DNA of 39,384 nucleotides. It comes from Oscillospiraceae bacterium. Lineage in GTDB: Bacteria > Bacillota > Clostridia > Saccharofermentanales > UBA5734. Position 1 is the first letter of the stretch. Each line of letters starts with the position of its first letter. The position numbers were made by a program, and so were the translations under genes. The DNA lies in contig JAAYLM010000001.1 of the NCBI GenBank assembly GCA_012521915.1, positions 1 through 39,384 on the forward strand, read 5' to 3'. Of this stretch, positions 1 to 8,910 are shown one piece after another. Below the pieces are notes generated by a model, which was not told where the DNA came from, did no database searches, and saw only the letters and a program-made list of their open reading frames with translations.

Positions 1-302
1 GTTTTCAGTGGTTCTCCGCCCAGCCGGACACAACCGTGGGTATGGGAATAATTCATGATCACCTGTGTAAAGCCATAATGCTCCCGCAGCGCGGCTTTGG
101 CGCCGTCAGCAAAACTGCGGTTGCCATACAGCACGTCCAGGGAGATCAACGCGGCTGTTTCCCGTTTGTCATCCTGCAACAGCAGCAGTGTGGCCCAGGT
201 GTCATCATGGACGCCTTCACTTTTGTGGGTCCGCGCGGCAAACCCACACTGCATGACAGGCTCATCCGGTGTGATTCGCCGTCTGGTTATTGCGTATTTC
301 AT
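1..302 (-). CDS. Neutral/alkaline ceramidase-like N-terminal domain protein (5' part only; gene runs off the left edge)
   Basis: My own minus-strand translation from the ATG at 302..300 gives MKYAITRRRITPDEPVMQCGFAARTHKSEGVHDDTWATLLLLQDDKRETAALISLDVLYGNRSF...VIMNYSHTHGCVRLGG. The pattern G(F/Y)xxR...GVHD...ALxSLD...(S/T)HTH matches the N-terminus of bacterial neutral-ceramidase-family proteins as I remember it. A GAGGAG Shine-Dalgarno lies 6 nt upstream. It is missing from the ORF track because it is open at the window edge. Confidence 0.5.
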   Translation of the reverse strand, partial: MKYAITRRRITPDEPVMQCGFAARTHKSEGVHDDTWATLLLLQDDKRETAALISLDVLYGNRSFADGAKAALREHYGFTQVIMNYSHTHGCVRLGGEPLK

Positions 303-372
303 CGGTCGCTCCTCTCTTTTCCTGATCACATCATATCGTCTGAAGTTTCTTCATGAGCATTGTTTGAACGCT

Positions 373-1812
373 TCAGGATGGCTGCGAGGTCGGCGGCGGC
401 CAGCGATAGCCTCTTTGCCCGCCCAGCTGGATATCCTGACGTTTACCAGGTTGCGTCGCAGCCTGGCCTGCCAGTCTGCCATCGCTGACAAAAACCTCAT
501 CCCCGCCGTGCAGATTGGCGATCAGAAAATCAGTAAGCTGCCGCAGAATACTGCTATAAGCCGGTACATCAGCCAGATTGCGGTGTTCGCCGGGATCCTC
601 AGCCAGGTCAAACAACTGCACATGATTACCTGACGGATAATAAATCAGCTTGTACCGTCCGTCAGTCGCCATGCGCGTAGCTGCCAGCCCTTCGCTGATC
701 TCGCCGAAGAGCTTGCCGCGGCGTTGACTGCCCAGAAGATCCAGACCCTCAACAGAATCCGGCACCGCCAGTCCGCAGCGTTTGAGAATGGTCGGCATGA
801 TGTCTTCCAGGCAGGCCAGTCGATCATCACATCGGCCGGCCAGCGCGTTGACCGGCGTACCCGAAATCAACAAAGGCACAGAGGCCGCTTGTTCATAAAA
901 CACGCGCTTGCCCAGCATGTCATGCTGAAACAGCATGTCGCCGTGGTCACTGGTAAAGAGGATCAGCGTGTCATCCAGCATGTTCTCTTCCCGCAGGGAG
1001 CCTAGCAGCAGGCGGATCTGGTGATCGATGTGGGTGCACAGAGCGTAAAAGGCCTGGACGGCCAGTTTGCGGTCCTGCCCATCATAGAGGGCCTGGGGGC
1101 CGGCGGTATCCCGCTGCAGCACGTCGATCGCGGCCACGCCGTCCGCCTGCCAGTCATCCGCGATGACCGGCTCATCCGGAATCGCACGGTAGCCGTCCAG
1201 ATAAGTCTGCAGCGGCACGAGTGGCGGATGGGGATGGACATAGGAGACATACAGGAAAAGCGGTCGGGTCGGGTCACGGCGCCTGATCTGGCGGACAGCC
1301 TCCCGGGTCGCCCAGTTTGTCGGATGGGCCTGTTCCGGCAGATGCCATGGCCGGACATAATACTGATTGTTGCTCATCCCGTGCGCATAAGCCTGACCGG
1401 CAAAACCTTGATCAGCCAGCCAAAGTTCATAATCATCGAGACCGACACCCAGGTTACGCCCCTCTTCTGACAGGATAACCTCATGAAAACCAATGCGGTT
1501 GCGTTGTGGGTACACATGCAGTTTGCCGACAGCGACAGTCTGGTAGCCGCCCGCGGCCAAAACCCCGGCCAGGGTCGGTGCAGTCGGCATGGGCATATGG
1601 TCACTGTAGACGCGGTCGCCATGGGTCGCGGGTGAAAGGCCGGTCATCAAGGAGCGGCGGGCCGGGATGCATACCGGGCATGTGCTGTAGCAGCGGGTGT
1701 AGCGCCCTGACCGGGCCATGGCATCCAGTGCGGGTGTTCTGATCAGGGGATGGCCACCGCAGCCCAGCAAATAGCCCGGCCAGTGATCCGTGTTGATAAG
1801 CAGCACGTGCAT
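373..1812 (-). CDS. Sulfatase (formylglycine-dependent, Cys-type), apparently cytoplasmic
   Basis: 479-aa ORF. The sulfatase signature C-x-P-x-R-x-x-x-x-T-G is present as CIPARRSLMTG (Cys48 codon at 1669..1671). The sulfatase fold starts at residue 1 (MHVLLINTDHW) with no signal peptide or TM segment. A downstream SDHGD-type motif (FTSDHGDM) is also present. Confidence 0.85.
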   Translation of the reverse strand: MHVLLINTDHWPGYLLGCGGHPLIRTPALDAMARSGRYTRCYSTCPVCIPARRSLMTGLSPATHGDRVYSDHMPMPTAPTLAGVLAAGGYQTVAVGKLHVYPQRNRIGFHEVILSEEGRNLGVGLDDYELWLADQGFAGQAYAHGMSNNQYYVRPWHLPEQAHPTNWATREAVRQIRRRDPTRPLFLYVSYVHPHPPLVPLQTYLDGYRAIPDEPVIADDWQADGVAAIDVLQRDTAGPQALYDGQDRKLAVQAFYALCTHIDHQIRLLLGSLREENMLDDTLILFTSDHGDMLFQHDMLGKRVFYEQAASVPLLISGTPVNALAGRCDDRLACLEDIMPTILKRCGLAVPDSVEGLDLLGSQRRGKLFGEISEGLAATRMATDGRYKLIYYPSGNHVQLFDLAEDPGEHRNLADVPAYSSILRQLTDFLIANLHGGDEVFVSDGRLAGQAATQPGKRQDIQLGGQRGYRWPPPTSQPS

Positions 1813-1923
1813 GGTCTCTGACGCCTCACTTTCGTTTGGGTCCGCCGGGGAAGCGACCTGGCTTGCCGCTGCACGTGCATCGACGGGTGTGCAGATGCCG
1901 CGCCAGGCGTCCGGTCATTCAAG

Positions 1924-3021
1924 TCAGCGTACGTTCACCAGCTGGTAGGCTTGCTGCCCCAGACCGGCTTCTTCCAGCTTTGTCAACTGGATAAAGGGGT
2001 CTTTACCGTGCAGCTGCTGAAAAAGGTGCCCTTTCCCGGACAGGACCAGGCCGGCTGGAACGCCAACCGGAATAAGATCTTCAATTTTGATGGCATCCAG
2101 GCAAGCCTTCTCCAGAGCAACCATATCTTCGCCTGCCATGATGCCGATATCAGGAACCAGTGAGGGTGTGGTCATCCCCCAGCAGTCACAAAGGGCGGTG
2201 ATGGCGGTCAAAACATTGATATGATAAACCGAACCGGGGGCGAAGGTATCCAGGACGGTGCGTGTGCAGATGGCCATGCCGGTCTGGAAGTCCGTGTAAT
2301 TATGGGCGTCCAGCGTGATGGCACCTGTCGGGCAGATTTTAACGCAGTGCTGGCACAAGGTGCAGTTGTGGTAGTTGACTTCGTAGACACCATCTTTACC
2401 GGGCTTACTGAAGCTGTTGGCGTCATGGTTGCAGGCCGTGATACATTTGCCGCAGTGGGTGCACTTGTCTGCGTCCCAGAGCAGACCGCCTTCCAGGCTG
2501 TGAATCTCATGGCGGGAGCGGTCCGTGACACAACCCATGGCGATGTTTTTGCAGGCGCCGCCATAGCCGCAGGCACCATGCCCTTTGACATGCGAAAAAT
2601 TGATCAGCATGTCCGCGTCATGGATCAGGCCGGCGATGTCCACATGGCTGAAGGTATGGTAGTCAACTTTTTTTGTATAATAATATTTCCCCAGATGGCC
2701 ACAGGCCTCCAGGATCGGGCAGCCCAGGTTGCTGTCGGTATAGCCGCGCTGTTCCGGGTGGCGGCCGGCCACATAGTGGTCCGTGATAAAGCACTGGCCA
2801 CCGCTTTGCTTGATGAAATCAACCAGCTTGCGCACAAAAACCGGCGGTATGGTTGAATAAGAGACGCCGGAGCCGACATGCATTTTGATGGCGACCTGCT
2901 TGCCTTTGACTTTTTCCGCCAGGCCACTGCGTTTGAGCAGCCTGCTGAATTTTTCCGGAAGGGTCTGCGCAGCCTCATAACGGGCATAGGCCATAGACGC
3001 GAAAAGAATATCTGCTGTCAT
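1924..3021 (-). CDS. DUF362-family protein with an inserted 2x[4Fe-4S] ferredoxin domain
   Basis: Two classic ferredoxin motifs, CTHCGKCITACNHD and CTLCQHCVKICPTG, sit inside a DUF362-like scaffold. I chose the internal start MTADILF (ATG at 3021, AGGAA upstream) rather than the ORF-track start at 3078. Function is unknown. Confidence 0.7.
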   Translation of the reverse strand: MTADILFASMAYARYEAAQTLPEKFSRLLKRSGLAEKVKGKQVAIKMHVGSGVSYSTIPPVFVRKLVDFIKQSGGQCFITDHYVAGRHPEQRGYTDSNLGCPILEACGHLGKYYYTKKVDYHTFSHVDIAGLIHDADMLINFSHVKGHGACGYGGACKNIAMGCVTDRSRHEIHSLEGGLLWDADKCTHCGKCITACNHDANSFSKPGKDGVYEVNYHNCTLCQHCVKICPTGAITLDAHNYTDFQTGMAICTRTVLDTFAPGSVYHINVLTAITALCDCWGMTTPSLVPDIGIMAGEDMVALEKACLDAIKIEDLIPVGVPAGLVLSGKGHLFQQLHGKDPFIQLTKLEEAGLGQQAYQLVNVR

Positions 3022-3093
3022 AAGGGTTCCTTGCCTCACTTGTTTCCATAATTTCTCCACATGGCGCCGGAGCAGCATGTAGATTTTTTTATT

Positions 3094-5070
3094 CTAGCAC
3101 AGTACGGACGATGTCTCCAGACTGTCCGGAGGCCGCTGTTTTTTTCCATCTGCCTCCAGAAGGCAGCCGCCGGCTGCCAGCCGGATGGTGCGGTTCTCCA
3201 GCTGTACCGTTTTTTCTTCTGCTGCACGGTTGAGAGCCGCCAGAACATGGTGCGGTCCTGTGTCTGGCTGTGGCTCAGCTTCTCCGACAAGAAAACGTTC
3301 CAGCACAAGGCAATCGTCTTCTGCATAAAGAACTCGGACACTACCGATGCGCAGAACCGTCCAGTCACGACGCAGACAGCCAAGCCAGCCAAACCACTGC
3401 TGCAGGAGTTTGTTTTCCCGTCCCCAGGGAAAGGTGCGGCGGTTGAAGGGATCACGGTAGCCCTCCATGGCCGTTTCATCACCATAATAAACAACCGGGC
3501 AGCCGGGGTAGATCATCTGGAAAAACACAGCGAGGCGCAGACGGGTTTCACCTGCCTGCCGCTGATCTGCCGTCAGGACGAGTTGGGCTTGTGCTTCCCG
3601 GCTGCCGGGATCCGGAGGTCCGGCCAGTGCAGTCATAGCCCGCATGATGTCATGGCTGCTGATCAGGTTGAATGAAGCCGACCAGGCAGGCGGCGGATAA
3701 TGCTCCCTTAGCGTTTCCAGCTGGAGGTGCAAATGCTGCGCCGGAAAGTGTCCGGCCAGCCAGCCGATCAAAGCCTGCTGAAAAGGATAACCCATCACAT
3801 GGTCATGTGTCCGTCCCAGCAGGAAATCACGGTAGCTGCCATAGCTGATTTTGTTGCTGGCATCTTCCCAGACTTCTCCCAGGAGGACGGCATCTGCTTT
3901 TTCCGCTCGGGTGGCCAGTCTCAGTTCCCGGAGAAAGGCGTCAGGAAGCTCATCAGAAACATCCAGCCGCCAGCCTGCCGCGCCCAAACGCATCCAGTGG
4001 CGGATCACGCCATTTTTCCCGGTGATGGTGTCCCGGAAAGTCAGGTCATGCTCATTAACACTGGGAAGATCAGGAAAACCCCACCAGGCATCATAAAAAA
4101 GCTGATCGCCCCGGCGGTGGAACACATACCAGCTGGCATAGGGTGAGGGGGTGCCCTCGGTTGCTTCCTGCCAGGCTCCTGAACCGGGGTAGCGTCCCAA
4201 TTTGTTGAAATAGCGGCTGTCCGCGCCGGTATGGCTGAATACCCCGTCCAGCAGAACCCGTATGCCACGCTCCTGCGCTTCGGCGCAAAGAGCAATGAAA
4301 TCTTCTGTTGTCCCCAGAAGCGGATCGACCTGCCCATAGTCGCCTGTGTCATAACGGTGGTTGGATCGGGCCTTGAAGATCGGGTTCAGATACAGCACCG
4401 TAACGCCCAGCGCGGCCAGGTAGTCCAGTTTTTCCCGGATACCGTTCAGCGAACCGCCAAAAAAGTCACAAGCGATGTAGCCGGTTTCCGGTTTGCCGAC
4501 AATATCCACATCTTCATCCCAATCCTCATGGAAGATCCGCTCTGCGCTGGCCACAGCCTCAAAACGTTCTGGACTGAACGCGGCATCACGTCTGAAACGG
4601 TCCGGGAAGATCTGGTAGATCACCGCTCCTGTCAGCCACGTGGGCACGGTATACGCCTGATCGTAAACAGTAACCTGCCAGGCCAGCGGGCTGTGGGCTT
4701 CACCCGGAAGCCAGCGCGGCTTGGTTTTGGCTAGTTGGCCGCCGCCCTGCAGGTCTTCCCTGTCACGGGTCAGATAGACTTTTCCCTGCCCTGTCTCTAT
4801 CTCGAACCAATAGAAATAGAGGCAGGGTTCCAGCGGCATGCGTAAGGAAACCGCATAGTCCGATCCGGCGGCTGTTCGGACATCATCAGGCATCAGGCGG
4901 CAGCGGCTGGTCTCAAAGGCATAGAGCCCATGGGCATACGCGAGGTATACGCCAAGGACGGTTTCGCCTTCCGTCTTCAGTTGAACGGCAAAACGCACTT
5001 CTGTACCGGTCGGAACAGCACCATAGGGATGCCTGAAACGGCTGATCCTGCTCTGATGTTTCAGGTACAC
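3094..5070 (-). CDS. GH13 alpha-glycosidase (neopullulanase / cyclomaltodextrinase / maltogenic-amylase-like)
   Basis: 658 aa. All four GH13 conserved regions are present: DGVFSH, GWRLDVSDE (nucleophile Asp), GEVWE (acid/base Glu) and LISSHD. An N-terminal Ig-like extension is typical of the neopullulanase subfamily. It overlaps the glgA stop by 10 nt, which suggests the same operon. Confidence 0.85.
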   Translation of the reverse strand: MYLKHQSRISRFRHPYGAVPTGTEVRFAVQLKTEGETVLGVYLAYAHGLYAFETSRCRLMPDDVRTAAGSDYAVSLRMPLEPCLYFYWFEIETGQGKVYLTRDREDLQGGGQLAKTKPRWLPGEAHSPLAWQVTVYDQAYTVPTWLTGAVIYQIFPDRFRRDAAFSPERFEAVASAERIFHEDWDEDVDIVGKPETGYIACDFFGGSLNGIREKLDYLAALGVTVLYLNPIFKARSNHRYDTGDYGQVDPLLGTTEDFIALCAEAQERGIRVLLDGVFSHTGADSRYFNKLGRYPGSGAWQEATEGTPSPYASWYVFHRRGDQLFYDAWWGFPDLPSVNEHDLTFRDTITGKNGVIRHWMRLGAAGWRLDVSDELPDAFLRELRLATRAEKADAVLLGEVWEDASNKISYGSYRDFLLGRTHDHVMGYPFQQALIGWLAGHFPAQHLHLQLETLREHYPPPAWSASFNLISSHDIMRAMTALAGPPDPGSREAQAQLVLTADQRQAGETRLRLAVFFQMIYPGCPVVYYGDETAMEGYRDPFNRRTFPWGRENKLLQQWFGWLGCLRRDWTVLRIGSVRVLYAEDDCLVLERFLVGEAEPQPDTGPHHVLAALNRAAEEKTVQLENRTIRLAAGGCLLEADGKKQRPPDSLETSSVLC

Positions 5071-6539
5071 GGCTGCTCTTCGGCTTGTTCCGCAGCCAGC
5101 AGTTCATAAAGGCGTCCGTAACGGGTGGCAGACCGGTTCCAGGAGAAATCCTCCTGCATCGCCTGGCGCACCAGCGCCTGCCAGGCTTCTGGCATATGAC
5201 GCAAAATATCACAGGCATACCGGGTGATGAACAGCAGTTCATGAGCGTTGACGTTGCTGAATGAAAAGCCGTTGCCGGATCCTGTGTACTGGTTGTAGGG
5301 CTGGACGGTGTCTTTCAAGCCGCCCGTTTCCCGCACAACAGGAATGGTGCCATATCGCATGGCGATCATCTGGGACAAGCCGCATGGTTCGAAAAGCGAG
5401 GGCATCAGGAAGAGGTCGGCACCGGCATAAAAGCGGCGAGCCAATGCGTCATCAAAGGTCAGGGAGACAGCCATGATCTCCGGATTGCGTTTGGCAGTCT
5501 CGCGCAAAGCCTGTTCATACTGCACCTCTCCGGTACCGAGAATGGCCAGCTGCAGCGATCCGTCGAGCAGTTCCTCCAGCACATGCAGCAGCAGGTCCAG
5601 CCCTTTTTGCTCGACCAGGCGGGTCACCATGACCACCAGCGGCAGCGATGCTTGCTGCCGCAGACCCAGTTCAGCCTGCAGCGCCGCTTTGCAGGCCGCT
5701 TTGCCTTCTTTCCAGTTTTCATTGGTATAGCGGCATGCTATGTCGGGATCAGTCGCGGGATTATAATTTTTCGTATCGATCCCGTTGATCAAGCCGGTCA
5801 GCTTGTGCGCCTGGCGGTTGAGCAGGTCGTGCAGCCCTTCTCCGTAATATTCCTGTCTGATCTCCGCCGCGTAGGTCGGTGATACAGTCGTGACCTGGTC
5901 GGCATAGACAATGCCGGCTTTCATGAAGTTCGGCACACCGTCACGAAGCACCCCGTCTTCAGTCAAAAACCGTTCCGGTAAATCCATCAGGTCGGCGATG
6001 CGCTCCTTGCCATGAATGCCCTGGTATTTGAGGTTATGAATCGTGAAAATGGTGCGCAGCTGCCGCAGCCGGCTGTATGGATGATAATGGGCCTGCAGCA
6101 GACAGGGAATCATGCCGGTCTGCCAGTCATGCAGATGCAGGATGTCCGGCATGAAGTCAAGCGGTTTTTCCAGGCTGTCCAGAACGGCCCTCTGGAAAAA
6201 ACTGAACCGCTCGATGTCAAAAGAATAATCCAGATAAATCTGATCATGGTTAAAGTAGTATTCATTGTCGATAAAATAGATGATCTGACCGTCCAGATCC
6301 ATTTTCAGAACACCGCAGTAGAGTGTCCGCCAGCCCATGCGGATCATGTGCCAGCCGAGAAACTGCAGATCACTGCCGTAGCGCGCGCTGATTGGTTTGT
6401 ACAGCGGCATGATAATCCGTACATCATAGCCTTGCCGGCGCAAGACCGGCGGCAGCGCGCCGACCACATCTCCCAGGCCGCCTGTCCGGGCCAGCGGCGA
6501 GACTTCTGATGAAACAAACAGGATTTTCTTTACAGTCAA
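5061..6539 (-). CDS. glgA: Glycogen synthase (ADP-glucose type)
   Basis: KKILFVSSEVSPLARTGGLGDVVGALP N-terminal motif and a GT5/GT1 C-terminal half (PSLFEPCGLSQM). The likely start is the TTG at 6539, which overlaps the glgD stop as TTGA, or the GTG at 6533. The ORF-track start at 6614 would overlap glgD by 79 nt. Confidence 0.9.
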   Translation of the reverse strand: MTVKKILFVSSEVSPLARTGGLGDVVGALPPVLRRQGYDVRIIMPLYKPISARYGSDLQFLGWHMIRMGWRTLYCGVLKMDLDGQIIYFIDNEYYFNHDQIYLDYSFDIERFSFFQRAVLDSLEKPLDFMPDILHLHDWQTGMIPCLLQAHYHPYSRLRQLRTIFTIHNLKYQGIHGKERIADLMDLPERFLTEDGVLRDGVPNFMKAGIVYADQVTTVSPTYAAEIRQEYYGEGLHDLLNRQAHKLTGLINGIDTKNYNPATDPDIACRYTNENWKEGKAACKAALQAELGLRQQASLPLVVMVTRLVEQKGLDLLLHVLEELLDGSLQLAILGTGEVQYEQALRETAKRNPEIMAVSLTFDDALARRFYAGADLFLMPSLFEPCGLSQMIAMRYGTIPVVRETGGLKDTVQPYNQYTGSGNGFSFSNVNAHELLFITRYACDILRHMPEAWQALVRQAMQEDFSWNRSATRYGRLYELLAAEQAEEQPCT

Positions 6540-7648
6540 ACAATCGCCCCCTTGCCAATAACAACCGGAAATTCCTTCTGTCCTACCAGCTTGATTCCCG
6601 GTCTGATCACGCAATTTTTGTCCAGGATGACGTGATCGAGTTCAACGCCTTCAGAAATGTAGGCGTCCTGCATGATGATGCTGTTGCGCACGGTCGCGTG
6701 GTCTGACAAAGTCACACCGCGAAAGAGCATGCTGTCCGACAAAGAACCATTGATCAGGCAGCCGTCAGAAATAAAACTATTGTTGACCTGGTTGTGCGGA
6801 CCGTAGAGGGTAGGCGCTTCGTCCTTAACTTTGGTATAAACCGGCAGTCCGGACCAAAAAAGGTCACGGCGTGTCTTTTCCTCAAGCAGCCGCATCGTAC
6901 TTTGGAAATAGGTTGGCACGCTGTTGACCCGCAGCAGAATCCCTTTATATTCCACGCCATTCAGCCGCAGGTCATTGTGGTGCCTGAGCAGATTCTCCAG
7001 TGAAAAATCATGGTCGCCGCGTGCCACATCGTCACTGATCAAATCAATCAGCAGTTCTCTCTCCAGCACCACGACACCCATGGAACAACGGCTGGAAACC
7101 GGCTTGCCCGGGTTGAAGAGGACATCCTTGACCTGTCCTTTGCGATCCATGCCCAGGATGACACCCGGCGAACCATATTTCATACCGTCCCGGTTGTAAA
7201 GCACGCTCATATCTGCGCCGCTTTGTACATGTCGGTCAACGAAGTCATTGAGCGTCGCGTTAAAAATAGTGTCGCTGCCAGCCAGGATGACATAGCGCTG
7301 CCGGTTGATGCGGAAAAAATCCAGAAGACCGGAAAGGTCATCTGCTTCACCGTTCTTTTCCTGGTTGAAGGAATTGATATAGGGCGGCAGCAGGTTCAGG
7401 CCCTGTTTCTTGCGGTCCAGATCCCAGGAGCTGCCTGTGCCCAGATGATCCATCAGTGATTTATATTTGTGCATGGCGATGACACCGATGCTGACAATAC
7501 CGGAATTGACCATGTTGGAGAGCATGAAATCAATGATACGGTAGCGGCCGGCGAAGGGTATGGCGGCCAGTGCCCTGGGGCGGGACAGCTCACCCAGTTG
7601 AATACGCTTGTGATCGGCCAGTATCAGGCCCATGGCGTTAATAAACAT
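6536..7648 (-). CDS. glgD: Glucose-1-phosphate adenylyltransferase, GlgD (regulatory, non-catalytic) subunit
   Basis: 370 aa and paralogous to GlgC, but lacking the GGxGxRL signature (it has IPFAGRYRIIDF). Its position between glgC and glgA matches the Firmicutes glgBCDA arrangement. GGAGGG lies 8 nt upstream of the ATG. Confidence 0.85.
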   Translation of the reverse strand: MFINAMGLILADHKRIQLGELSRPRALAAIPFAGRYRIIDFMLSNMVNSGIVSIGVIAMHKYKSLMDHLGTGSSWDLDRKKQGLNLLPPYINSFNQEKNGEADDLSGLLDFFRINRQRYVILAGSDTIFNATLNDFVDRHVQSGADMSVLYNRDGMKYGSPGVILGMDRKGQVKDVLFNPGKPVSSRCSMGVVVLERELLIDLISDDVARGDHDFSLENLLRHHNDLRLNGVEYKGILLRVNSVPTYFQSTMRLLEEKTRRDLFWSGLPVYTKVKDEAPTLYGPHNQVNNSFISDGCLINGSLSDSMLFRGVTLSDHATVRNSIIMQDAYISEGVELDHVILDKNCVIRPGIKLVGQKEFPVVIGKGAIV

Positions 7649-7662
7649 CGTGCAGTCCCTCC

Positions 7663-8910
7663 TCAGACACGGAAATGTGTTTCAATGATTTCATCCGGCT
7701 CCTGATATTCAACCATGCTGTTGCCCGGTACCCGGGCACCATCCCGTATCTTCAGTCCTCGCTCGAAAACCGTAATGCCCCCCTGGCAGTAGCGCGGGCT
7801 GCTGTAGCGGCTTGTGCCGTCGACATCCGCACCGGCATCCACATCTTTTCCGATCACAGTGCCGATACCGACAATGCATTTGTTAAGCCGGGCACCGGCG
7901 GCGACCGTGACCCCCGGCAGCAGGATGGAATCACGCACTACCGCGCCCCGCTCGACCGTGACACTGTTGAAGAGAACGGAATGCTCTACAGTGCCCGACA
8001 CGTTGCAACCGTCTGTCATGGCACTGTTCACCACGCGGGCGCTGGACGCGATGTAATGCGCGGGTTTGACCGGGTTGCGGCTGTAGACACGCCAGTTGCG
8101 ATCCCTCAGGTCTATTTCCTCCGGCCGGTCGAGGATGTCCATATTGGCTTCCCAGTAGCTGCTGATGGTTCCCACATCTTTCCAGTAGCCCTGGAAGCGG
8201 TACGCCATCAGGCGCATGTCGACTGAGAGCATTTTGGGAATAATGTTTTTACCGAAATCGTGATCAGAAAGCGGATCTTCCTCGTCACAAGCCAGCTCAG
8301 CCCGCAAGGTCTGCCAGTTGAAGATGTAGACCCCCATGGAAGCCAGGTTGCTGCGCGGTTTTTCCGGTTTTTCCTCAAACTCGGTGATTCTGCCCTGCTT
8401 GTCTGTGTTCATGATGCCAAAACGGGACGCTTCTTCCCAGGGCACCTCGAAAACGGCGATGGTCACTTCCGCCTGCTCCTTGATATGAGCCTGCAGCATG
8501 CGTGCGTAATCCATTTTATAGATGTGGTCGCCAGACAAGATCAGGACATAGCGCGGATCCCAGTCTTCTATGAACTCAATGTTCTGGTAGATGGCGTTGG
8601 CGGTGCCTTTGTACCAGTCGCTGCGGTCGCTGCTCTGATAGGGGGGGAGAATATAGGTGCCGCCTTTGTTGCGGTCCAGATCCCAGGGATGCCCGTTGCC
8701 GACGTATGTATTCAAGGCAAGCGGCTGGTACTGGGTCAGGCCCCCGACCGTTTCGATCCCGGAATTGGCACAGTTGCTCAAGGCAAAGTCAATGATCCGG
8801 TAACGGCTGCCATACGGTACAGCCGGTTTGGCAAGGTGTTTGGTCATCACACCCAGCCGCGATCCCTGGCCACCTGCCAGGATCAGAGCCACAATCTCAG
8901 TTCGCGCCAT
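7663..8910 (-). CDS. glgC: Glucose-1-phosphate adenylyltransferase
   Basis: [10 protein letters not shown] nucleotide-binding signature, [11 protein letters not shown], and a C-terminal left-handed beta-helix repeat region. Start set at MARTEIV (ATG 8910), which has GGGAGG 7 nt upstream. The ORF-track GTG at 8934 is less likely. Confidence 0.9.
   Translation of the reverse strand: MARTEIVALILAGGQGSRLGVMTKHLAKPAVPYGSRYRIIDFALSNCANSGIETVGGLTQYQPLALNTYVGNGHPWDLDRNKGGTYILPPYQSSDRSDWYKGTANAIYQNIEFIEDWDPRYVLILSGDHIYKMDYARMLQAHIKEQAEVTIAVFEVPWEEASRFGIMNTDKQGRITEFEEKPEKPRSNLASMGVYIFNWQTLRAELACDEEDPLSDHDFGKNIIPKMLSVDMRLMAYRFQGYWKDVGTISSYWEANMDILDRPEEIDLRDRNWRVYSRNPVKPAHYIASSARVVNSAMTDGCNVSGTVEHSVLFNSVTVERGAVVRDSILLPGVTVAAGARLNKCIVGIGTVIGKDVDAGADVDGTSRYSSPRYCQGGITVFERGLKIRDGARVPGNSMVEYQEPDEIIETHFRV

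Noticed and set aside
36-633. Plus-strand ORFs 36..356 and 97..633 at the left edge
   Set aside because: They overlap the minus-strand ceramidase-like gene (which has a good Shine-Dalgarno and family motifs) and the 3' end of the sulfatase gene. Their translations have no recognisable features.
1813-1923. Overlapping stems (GCATC/GATGC and CTGCAC/GTGCAG) in the 111-nt gap between the DUF362 gene and the sulfatase gene
   Set aside because: The stems are short (5 to 6 bp), have no U-tract and match no recognisable riboswitch consensus. They cannot be distinguished from chance pairing in GC-rich sequence without comparative data.
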